In this document: one piece after another, positions 56,720 through 64,000 of the stretch
How positions within the stretch are numbered: the stretch's first letter is position 1
Layout: the number at the start of each line of letters is the position of its first letter
Source of the DNA: a virus
Lineage: Duplodnaviria; Caudoviricetes
Reading direction: 5' to 3' (one strand)
IMG/VR virus record: IMGVR_UViG_3300032323_001428
Coordinates: 1 to 64,000 of that record
DNA length: 64,000 nucleotides
Translations under genes and position numbers: made by a program
Notes under the pieces: generated by a model
Database searches by the model: none
Seen by the model: the letters and a program-made list of their open reading frames with translations, nothing else
What the model was told of the DNA's origin: nothing

Positions 56720-57904
56720 TCAAAGTTGAAATCCAGCAAATGTGTTTGCAGCAACATCTTGTTTAATTCCACCAACAATATAAGACTGCACCTGCGTTTG
56801 TTGTGGGCTGACTTGAAGTCCTTTGGAACTAATCCAATGCTCCGTCCAAGGAAGTGGATTATTCTTTGCAGCAATATCATAAAGTGGTTTAATACCAATA
56901 GACTTCATACGACGATTCGCAATCCACTCAACATAACTCCAAAGGAGTTTGTCGTTCAATCCAATCATTGAACCATCTTTAAACAAATATTCTGCCCACC
57001 TCTTTTCCTCATTTACACAATTCTCAAAAGCACCTTTTACCCATTCCTCTTCTTCTTTAGCAATTTGTTGCATTTCTGCATCATCTCCTTCACGCCATTT
57101 ATTGAGGATGTTTTGAGTAATGACAAGATGCTGATTTTCGTCTCTTGCGATGAGAGAGATAATTTTAGCGGATCCTTCCATAAGTTTGAGTTCACCAAAC
57201 GCAAACGAGCAAGCGAAAGAGACATAGAATCTGATACCTTCGAGAATATTGACATTTGCTATTGCACGATAGAGTTTTCTTTTGAGTTCATACCTTTCTT
57301 CTTTTGCAGTTCCAGCACCCTCTTGTGCGTGAACCCAAAGATTTGAGTTTCCATAATGTTGTGCGGAATTGATAAAGTCATCATAAGCACCAGTTACTGA
57401 TGATGCCCGTTCAAGAATTTTTTCATTACTCAAAATAGAATCAAAGACTTCTGTGGGATCAGAGTAAACATTCTTAATAATGTATGTATAGGAACGACTA
57501 TGAATCATCTCCATAAATTCCCAAACCTTCATACATGCTTCCAATTCTGGAAGAGAACAATAAGGTGTAAAAGCCATTCCAGGACCACGACCCTGAACTG
57601 AATCCAAAAGAATTTGATACTTCAAATTAGAAGTGAAGATATGCTTTTGTTCTGGACGAAGAGATTGATAATCTCCACGATCTTTTTGTAAAGAAATTTC
57701 TTCTGGTCTCCAGAAATATCCCAACTGTTGTTGAGTCAGTTTATCAAAGACAGGATACTTGTAAGTATCATATCTTTGAACTCCAAGAGGAGCACCAAAA
57801 AACATAGGTTGCTTTTTGGGATCTACCTCTTGAGTATTAAATACAGTCATTCCTTCAATCATTTTTTCTTTTTCTGCAGTAACTCTAAATTTTACAGGGT
57901 TCAT
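56720..57904 (-). CDS. nrdB: class Ia ribonucleotide reductase beta subunit
   Basis: FWRPEE, LDSVQGR, E.IHSRSY, LEGIRFY, IARDE..H, C-terminal FQL. Confidence 0.96.
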   Translation of the reverse strand: MNPVKFRVTAEKEKMIEGMTVFNTQEVDPKKQPMFFGAPLGVQRYDTYKYPVFDKLTQQQLGYFWRPEEISLQKDRGDYQSLRPEQKHIFTSNLKYQILLDSVQGRGPGMAFTPYCSLPELEACMKVWEFMEMIHSRSYTYIIKNVYSDPTEVFDSILSNEKILERASSVTGAYDDFINSAQHYGNSNLWVHAQEGAGTAKEERYELKRKLYRAIANVNILEGIRFYVSFACSFAFGELKLMEGSAKIISLIARDENQHLVITQNILNKWREGDDAEMQQIAKEEEEWVKGAFENCVNEEKRWAEYLFKDGSMIGLNDKLLWSYVEWIANRRMKSIGIKPLYDIAAKNNPLPWTEHWISSKGLQVSPQQTQVQSYIVGGIKQDVAANTFAGFQL

Positions 57905-57934
57905 TTTTTACTCCTTGTATTTTACAACTTATCT

Positions 57935-60235
57935 TTAAATAGAGCAACTATCACAAGAACTTTCATCAGCATTAGAAAGTTCTTCAAGAAGAGATTGGAT
58001 ATCCTGTTTTGGTTCTTCCTTGACTTCATCAGTCTTATTATCATATGTATTTTGATAATAAGCCGTCTTATGCCCCAGTTTAAAACAAGTAAGCATATCT
58101 TGTGCCATTACGCTAACAGGAACTTCATTATTGGCATAATTCTCTGGATTATACGACCAGTTTCCAGAAATTGCTTGATCAAAGAACTTCTGCATAACTG
58201 CAACAATATTAATATACCCACGATTGCTAGGCATATCCCAAAGCAACGTATAGTTGTTTTTAAGATGTTGATACTGTGGAACAATCTGTTTGAGAGGTCC
58301 TTTTTTAGATTTCTTAATTGATAAGAATCCACGAGGAGGTTCAATTCCATTAGTTGCATTTGAAACTACAGAACTTGATTCTGATGGCATTTGTGCTGTA
58401 AGAGTAGAGTGTCTCAATCCAAACTCTTTAATTGACTGTCTTAGTGCTTCCCAATCGTGCTGAAGAGGAACAGAAGACACTTCATCTACATCTTTCTTGT
58501 AAGTATCAATAGGAAGAATACCTTGTGAATATTTAGTATGATTGAAATATTCACAAGCACCCTTTTCTTTAGCAACTTCATTTGATGCTTTAAGAAGGAA
58601 ATATTGGAATGATTCAGACAATTGATGAACTGCATCCCAAGATTCTTGAGTATCATAATTAAATCCAAGTTTAGCAAGATAATGTGCCAACCCAATGTAT
58701 CCAACACCCAAAGACCTACGTGCTTTAGTTCCAATCTCTGCAGCAACTACAGGATAGTTTTGATAATCAATCAATTCTTCCAAACCACGAACAGAAAGAT
58801 TACAAAGATCCTCAAACTCTTCATCTGATTTTACTTTACCAACATTAATAGCAGAAAGAATACAAAGTGCAATCTCACCATTAGGGTCATCAATATGTTG
58901 AAGTGGGATTGTGGGGAGTGTAATTTCCATACAAAGGTTACTCATCTCAACTTTATCCATAAAGGATGAATGAGAGTTGCAGTGGTCAATATTCATAATG
59001 TAAATACGACCAGTCTCTGCCCTTTCCTTCAGAAGGTCCAGAAAAAGTTCTTGTGCTCCAATCGTTTTTCTTGGAATAGACTCATTTCGTTCTGCATCCA
59101 CATATAACCCATCAAATGAATCAGTGCCAAAAGCATCATACAACCCAGGAACTGAGTGTGGAGAGAAGAGTGAAATATCTTCGTTCTTGATGAATCTTTC
59201 ATAGAACAGTTTGGAGATTTGGATTCCATAATCTAATTTGCGAACACGATTATCTTCGGTTCCTTTATTATTTTTAAGAACTAGAATATCTTCTATTTCT
59301 TGATGCCAGATAGGAAAGAAAACTGTAGCAGAACCACCTCTGATGCCGTTTTGTGTGCAGCATCGCACAGTTGATTCAAACTTCTTAAGGAAGGGGACCA
59401 CACCTGTGTGCTGTACCTCTCCGCCTCTGATTTTAGAGTTGATGCCACGGATGCGACCTGCGTTGATGCCGATGCCTGCTCTTTGAGCAACATACCTCCC
59501 AATAGCCATATCACTACTGAAGATGCTATCCAAGGTGTCGTCAACATCAACAAGAACACAACTTGCAAATTGACGAAGTGGTGTTCTAACTCCTGCCATG
59601 ATGGGAGTTGGGATGTTGATTTTGTGTTTGGAGATTGCGTCATAGTATCTCTTGATGTATGAAAGACGTGTTTCCTTTGAATATCTAGCAAAGATAGTAG
59701 CAGCAATCATCATATACATGAACTGTGGAGTTTCATATACTTGTCCGCTGCTGCGGTCCTGGACCAAATACTTATCAACTACTTGACGAAGACCAGCATA
59801 AGTAAACAGATAATCTCTACTATGCTTAATGTAATTACCAAGTTTGTCAAGTTCTTCTTCTGTATAATTAGTTAAGATTTCTGGATCGTACACTCCAACG
59901 TCAACACAATTCTTAATATGATCTACAAAAGCAGGATGATCTTGAACTCTTCCATACAAAGATTTTCTTACAGAAAACAGAAGTAATCTTGCAGCAACAA
60001 ACTGATAATTTGGATTATCCAAATCAATCAAATCACTAGCAGAACGAATTAAAATCTCCTGAATTTCTGCTGTTGTAATTCCATCATAAAATTGAATACC
60101 AGATTGCATCTCAACCTGTGATGCAGAAACACCAGACAGGTCCCTACATGCCTCCTCAACCATCAAGTGAAGTTTATTGAGATCAAGAGGTTCATTATCA
60201 CCACTTCTCTTAACTACCTTTGTACCGTTGCTCAT
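57935..60235 (-). CDS. nrdA: class Ia ribonucleotide reductase alpha subunit
   Basis: ATP cone, PTP.MAG, ASCVL, SNLC.EI, MPSESSS, YY, C-terminal CDSC. Confidence 0.97.
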   Translation of the reverse strand: MSNGTKVVKRSGDNEPLDLNKLHLMVEEACRDLSGVSASQVEMQSGIQFYDGITTAEIQEILIRSASDLIDLDNPNYQFVAARLLLFSVRKSLYGRVQDHPAFVDHIKNCVDVGVYDPEILTNYTEEELDKLGNYIKHSRDYLFTYAGLRQVVDKYLVQDRSSGQVYETPQFMYMMIAATIFARYSKETRLSYIKRYYDAISKHKINIPTPIMAGVRTPLRQFASCVLVDVDDTLDSIFSSDMAIGRYVAQRAGIGINAGRIRGINSKIRGGEVQHTGVVPFLKKFESTVRCCTQNGIRGGSATVFFPIWHQEIEDILVLKNNKGTEDNRVRKLDYGIQISKLFYERFIKNEDISLFSPHSVPGLYDAFGTDSFDGLYVDAERNESIPRKTIGAQELFLDLLKERAETGRIYIMNIDHCNSHSSFMDKVEMSNLCMEITLPTIPLQHIDDPNGEIALCILSAINVGKVKSDEEFEDLCNLSVRGLEELIDYQNYPVVAAEIGTKARRSLGVGYIGLAHYLAKLGFNYDTQESWDAVHQLSESFQYFLLKASNEVAKEKGACEYFNHTKYSQGILPIDTYKKDVDEVSSVPLQHDWEALRQSIKEFGLRHSTLTAQMPSESSSVVSNATNGIEPPRGFLSIKKSKKGPLKQIVPQYQHLKNNYTLLWDMPSNRGYINIVAVMQKFFDQAISGNWSYNPENYANNEVPVSVMAQDMLTCFKLGHKTAYYQNTYDNKTDEVKEEPKQDIQSLLEELSNADESSCDSCSI

Positions 60236-61233
60236 ACTCGTTTCCATCCAATAAGTTTTGCTTTTGCTTCTAGTCCCATATAAGTATTTTCCTTGATGAT
60301 TTTTGAGGCATCAATTCCTGATAAAATTATATCATTGATATCTTTTTCTTTCAAGTCATTTGGCCAAATGACAATTGGAAATTTCATTTGTATTGCCTTT
60401 TCCATTCTATCAACAATTTGTTTATTCCGTTTTTCATTATCATAAACCATTACGAAATCTGTTCCAAAGTTAGAAACAAAAAACATTTTGTCAATGTCTG
60501 CACCAACCATAGCAATTGAATTATCTAAAAACATACTATCAAATGGTCCTTCAACAACATAAACAGTTTTGTCGTAATCTGGTTTATCCAAATTGTAAAT
60601 TTTTGGATGTGTATCATTAAGAATAATCGTAATGTATTTTACCTTTGAATTTTTATTCAAACTACGACCTTGAAATCCAAATATTTCTCCTTTATTAACC
60701 AAAGGAATAATGATTCGTGGTTCGTCCTTTTCTACTTTATCAAAGGTGTGTTTTTGAGTATTCGTCCATTCTTTAAACTTCTCACAGAAATACAATTCAC
60801 GCAGATAGTTGTTGGGTATCTTTCTATCTTCTAGGTATTTTCTTGCGGAGTGTTCTTTATTTAGTTCTGCGATAGTAGGAAGGTCAAATGCTTTTTTTGA
60901 AAAGTTTGGTTTCTCAAAATTAAACTCTGGGTTCTTTGTTTGAGATCCTCTTCCTGTTGTTCCTTCTTTATATCTTTCCATTACATACTGGTCGTAAAGA
61001 ACAGTATCCATATCTTTTAGAAAGTTTGTAAATGTTCTAGAAGTCCCACAATTATGACATTTGAAATTGTGATCATTCTTTAATTGGTAAATATACCCTC
61101 TTGTTTTACTTTTTGTCCTTTGACTATCACCGCAGTAAGGACACCGAAAGTTGTAAAGACCTTCTTTTTTCTTGGCAAACTTATCCAGTCGGGAAGAAAC
61201 CAACCCGATGTATTTGGAATCAACAAAACTCAT
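60232..61233 (-). CDS. gp61: DNA primase
   Basis: NFRCPYCGDS, CHNC, RIIIP, QGRSL, EGPFDS, YDNE.RN, KDIND. Confidence 0.95.
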   Translation of the reverse strand: MSFVDSKYIGLVSSRLDKFAKKKEGLYNFRCPYCGDSQRTKSKTRGYIYQLKNDHNFKCHNCGTSRTFTNFLKDMDTVLYDQYVMERYKEGTTGRGSQTKNPEFNFEKPNFSKKAFDLPTIAELNKEHSARKYLEDRKIPNNYLRELYFCEKFKEWTNTQKHTFDKVEKDEPRIIIPLVNKGEIFGFQGRSLNKNSKVKYITIILNDTHPKIYNLDKPDYDKTVYVVEGPFDSMFLDNSIAMVGADIDKMFFVSNFGTDFVMVYDNEKRNKQIVDRMEKAIQMKFPIVIWPNDLKEKDINDIILSGIDASKIIKENTYMGLEAKAKLIGWKRV

Positions 61234-61245
61234 TACAAAAGAATA

Positions 61246-61638
61246 CTATTTCAGTCTCTCTATTCTACCGTTGTCTTGTGCTGGTGTCAAGATGCGAGTG
61301 ACCAATTCAGAATTATTGATTGTGAAACTTACTGCTGCAAGAACTCCAATACCTACCCAAACTTTCTTTTCTAATCCTTGTAACTTTGCCAATACCGCAG
61401 TATGGTCTTTATCCATTTTATCTTTTAATTGATCCATTTTTGTAAAGAGTATATCTTCTATCTTTTCCCCGTTATTAATCTTTTCTTCATGAACTACAAG
61501 CATTTTAGTTACATTTGCATTTACTTCACTTATCTTTTCAATCGCACTCTCAATACGTTGCATTAACTGTTCACTTGTATGGATTTTTTCCTCAAGGATT
61601 GCAACCTTCGTTTCTATTGTTTGAGGGGGACTATACAT
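61246..61638 (-). CDS. coiled-coil + TM hypothetical protein
   Basis: AIEKISEVN....KML.VHEE motif; C-terminal TM. Confidence 0.65.
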   Translation of the reverse strand: MYSPPQTIETKVAILEEKIHTSEQLMQRIESAIEKISEVNANVTKMLVVHEEKINNGEKIEDILFTKMDQLKDKMDKDHTAVLAKLQGLEKKVWVGIGVLAAVSFTINNSELVTRILTPAQDNGRIERLK

Positions 61639-61646
61639 TGGATTGA

Positions 61647-61874
61647 TTATTGTGGAGGTTTTCTTTTTTGCATCCAGTTCTTACGAGAACCTTTGCCCAA
61701 AAATATATTCTTTTTATTTTTAAAAACAGGTGGAGTATCTGGTGGAAGACCCGCTATATTTATTTGACCTGGTGGGTTGGTGGAATTTGTAGGAGCAACA
61801 GATACAGACATTCCTTCTTCAACAATATAATGTCTTACAATTGAAATAATTCTGTCTAGGGTAGATTCTTTCAT
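61647..61874 (-). CDS. hypothetical protein
   Basis: APTN...IAGLPPD.PPV pattern. Confidence 0.6.
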   Translation of the reverse strand: MKESTLDRIISIVRHYIVEEGMSVSVAPTNSTNPPGQINIAGLPPDTPPVFKNKKNIFLGKGSRKNWMQKRKPPQ

Positions 61875-62245
61875 TAGATTAAATTAAGTTGTTCTAAACA
61901 TTCTATATCAATTGGAATATTATGAATTTTAGTTTTTGGAACTTCTGGTAATCTTCCAAGATAAACTACAAAAGTTTTTATAATACTCCAAAACTCACTA
62001 TCTATTTTATAAAACAATAAAGGTGTTGCTGCATCACCAAATACATTATAAAGAATAATAAAATGATTAACCAAAAGGTGAGCATTTAGCTCACCCGTTG
62101 TTTTATGTCTTTTCAATAATCTTTTTATCCACTTGAATCTTTTTAGGTCCTCATAAAAATCATCTTTGGTTGCAGCTTGTGGATTATCATAATGTTTAAT
62201 AGCAAACATCAAATAATTATCTTCGTTCAACTCGTCAAATCTCAT
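61874..62245 (-). CDS. conserved T4-like hypothetical protein
   Basis: F.ELNE.N...FAIK.Y.NP, F.EDLKRFK.IKRL, NH.I.LYNVF. Confidence 0.75.
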   Translation of the reverse strand: MRFDELNEDNYLMFAIKHYDNPQAATKDDFYEDLKRFKWIKRLLKRHKTTGELNAHLLVNHFIILYNVFGDAATPLLFYKIDSEFWSIIKTFVVYLGRLPEVPKTKIHNIPIDIECLEQLNLI

Positions 62246-62253
62246 ATTATATT

Positions 62254-63291
62254 TTATCTAACCGTTAATGTAGTAGTTCCAAGTCCAACTCCAGAAGTTG
62301 TTCCAGCACCAGCAATATTACGAATAAGAACATCTCCAAATTGTTGTGTGAATGAACTAATTACACCAACACCATTAGAACCATCGGTAACAAGACCAAT
62401 AAACCCTCTGCTTGCATCAATAAATAATTTAGTAGCAACAGTTCTTGTGCTGAATGTAGCAGCAGTTCCTGCTATGATTGTAGTACCAATTGTGCTTCCC
62501 GTTCCAATATAAACGAAAGTATCTCCAACACCAGTAACAGAAACATTAGTAAGTTTACCTGCAACTGAAAGTGAACTTCCCGAAGAAACGTTTACTACAG
62601 AATTAACAAAGATTTGTGTTGCTCCAATTGCAACTGTTGGTCCTGTAGTTATTCCAGTTAAGAAGTTAACGTTTGCAGTTAAAAGAGTGCTTGGAGATGT
62701 AAATGCAAATGCTACTCTGTTTGTAATTTGACCGTTATACCCTGTATATATCCCTGGTGAACCGTGAGTAGCAGCAGTTCCAGCCCAAGCATATTGAATA
62801 GCAGCTGGACTTATCGATGCTGCCGTTGCAACAATTCTTGTTGTCTCATTTGTATTATTAGCATCAAAAGCACGAATACTAACAGTTGCACCAGCACTTG
62901 CAAAAACAAGTTCATTAAACACAACGTGAATATATCCAGTAGTATTTGTAGCAATACCAGTTGTTGCACCACCACCAATAGAAATTGGTGATGCTAAATT
63001 TGGATCCTCAAAGAAAACTGCAACTGGACCAGCAGTTCCAATACCAGCAGATTGGCTATTAACACCAACATTAGTGATATTCAAATCAGGAACTGTAACC
63101 AAAACTTCGTCAAAATAACGAGTAGAAATTCCCGAATTTTCTCTAGTCTTATATCTTCTTTGAATCCAACCACGAACATCTGCGAAAGTATTCCAAGGGC
63201 TCGTGTTACGGTCCAGTTCATTTTGAAATTTCGGAATAGCGTAATTATTTGTCGCATTTTCCGAAGTTGATGAAATACCCCAAAGTGCCAT
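62254..63291 (-). CDS. putative virion structural protein
   Basis: MALWG start, Thr/Gly/Ala-rich beta sequence, TATAAATA upstream. Confidence 0.6.
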   Translation of the reverse strand: MALWGISSTSENATNNYAIPKFQNELDRNTSPWNTFADVRGWIQRRYKTRENSGISTRYFDEVLVTVPDLNITNVGVNSQSAGIGTAGPVAVFFEDPNLASPISIGGGATTGIATNTTGYIHVVFNELVFASAGATVSIRAFDANNTNETTRIVATAASISPAAIQYAWAGTAATHGSPGIYTGYNGQITNRVAFAFTSPSTLLTANVNFLTGITTGPTVAIGATQIFVNSVVNVSSGSSLSVAGKLTNVSVTGVGDTFVYIGTGSTIGTTIIAGTAATFSTRTVATKLFIDASRGFIGLVTDGSNGVGVISSFTQQFGDVLIRNIAGAGTTSGVGLGTTTLTVR

Positions 63292-63382
63292 GTGATTTCT
63301 CGTTAATTTTTTTTCCTAAACTTATTTATAAAAATAGGGGAGTATCAAACTCCCCCCTTCCCAAATATTAATCAATAAATGA

Positions 63383-63562
63383 TTAAGGTGTTAAATCTTT
63401 ACCACCCTTTGCTTTTAGTTGTCCTTGGACTTGTAAAAGAAGTAGCGAAAGAAGTCCGTTTGCTTTGACTTTTGGGTTTGCTCCAAGTGCTTCAGAAACT
63501 GCAAAAAGAACAGTTGCGATAAGTGCTTGATTGGCAAGTGCCCATGCGATGAGTGCTGACAT
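63383..63562 (-). CDS. 59-aa membrane protein, not in ORF track
   Basis: Manual translation MSALIAWALANQALIATVLFAVSEALGANPKVKANG...; GAGG RBS. Confidence 0.65.
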   Translation of the reverse strand: MSALIAWALANQALIATVLFAVSEALGANPKVKANGLLSLLLLQVQGQLKAKGGKDLTP

Positions 63563-63598
63563 AATAACCTCGTATGAAGAAGGAACCTATCTTATTTA

Positions 63599-64000
63599 TC
63601 AACAGTTCCACTTTCTTAGTGAAAGTGCCTTTCTTGTTGGTCTTCCTTTTTCGTCCTTCATAGGACCAGGCATTCCTCCCATACGAGCACAAAAAGACTT
63701 TCTGCGTTTTGCTGCTTTACTACCTTTTTTAAGTTTTGATGGTGGAGTAGTCACAGCAAGAGAGAGTTTTGAACCAGGATTTTCTCTACGATAAGAAGCA
63801 ATCCCTTTTTTGTTTAGTCCACCCTCAGGGTTCTTTCCTTCTTTTCTTTGCCAAGCAGCAGATTCCTCACCAATAATTCCCGAATTCAATTGAGAGTTTT
63901 TTTTCTTCTTTGCGTCTACTGCTTTTTTAATAATTGCCATCATAAGAACTTTTTTTTTATCATCCTCACAACCACATTCTTCTGCTACTGCTACTGCTTT
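63599..64000 (-). CDS. C-terminal part of a DUF6321-like basic protein (frame open to the window edge)
   Basis: WQRKEGKNPEGGLN.KG, RRKSFCARM.G, ALSLRKWNC. Confidence 0.75.
   Translation of the reverse strand, partial: KAVAVAEECGCEDDKKKVLMMAIIKKAVDAKKKKNSQLNSGIIGEESAAWQRKEGKNPEGGLNKKGIASYRRENPGSKLSLAVTTPPSKLKKGSKAAKRRKSFCARMGGMPGPMKDEKGRPTRKALSLRKWNC

Noticed and set aside
56720-60235. Introns or inteins in nrdA/nrdB
   Set aside because: Both frames are continuous and of normal length, with no splicing motifs.

Overview
AT-rich segment of a T4-like cyanomyovirus genome, probably a freshwater Synechococcus/Cyanobium phage; most genes lie on the minus strand. It contains baseplate/tail genes (gp51, gp26, gp48, a split gp53, gp2, gp4) and replication/nucleotide genes (gp32, gp59, gp33, exonuclease, phoH, thyX, glutaredoxin, nrdA/nrdB, primase gp61). 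Auxiliary genes include psbA (interrupted by a 209-nt ORF-less group I intron), hli, 2OG-Fe(II) oxygenases, dps and a cyanobacterial porin. There are six free-standing homing-endonuclease-like genes, a lysis-type cassette, a ~17.4 kb glycan-biosynthesis island, one atypical tRNA, several candidate structured RNAs and putative head-internal proteins. The most notable observations are: (1) a self-promoted nucleotidyltransferase-RibB fusion / kinase / HAD / transaldolase-like module in the glycan island; (2) an NrdB whose normally invariant E350-equivalent, plus neighbouring Glu positions, reads Gln beside a homing endonuclease; (3) a covarying terminator / late-promoter / RBS-occluding RNA cassette in front of paralogous endonucleases; (4) a duplicated orphan psbA-leader RNA; (5) a long-variable-arm tRNA with a UAU anticodon; (6) capsid-targeting-sequence and polyprotein-like internal proteins. 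All assignments come from motif recognition by eye; no database search was run.
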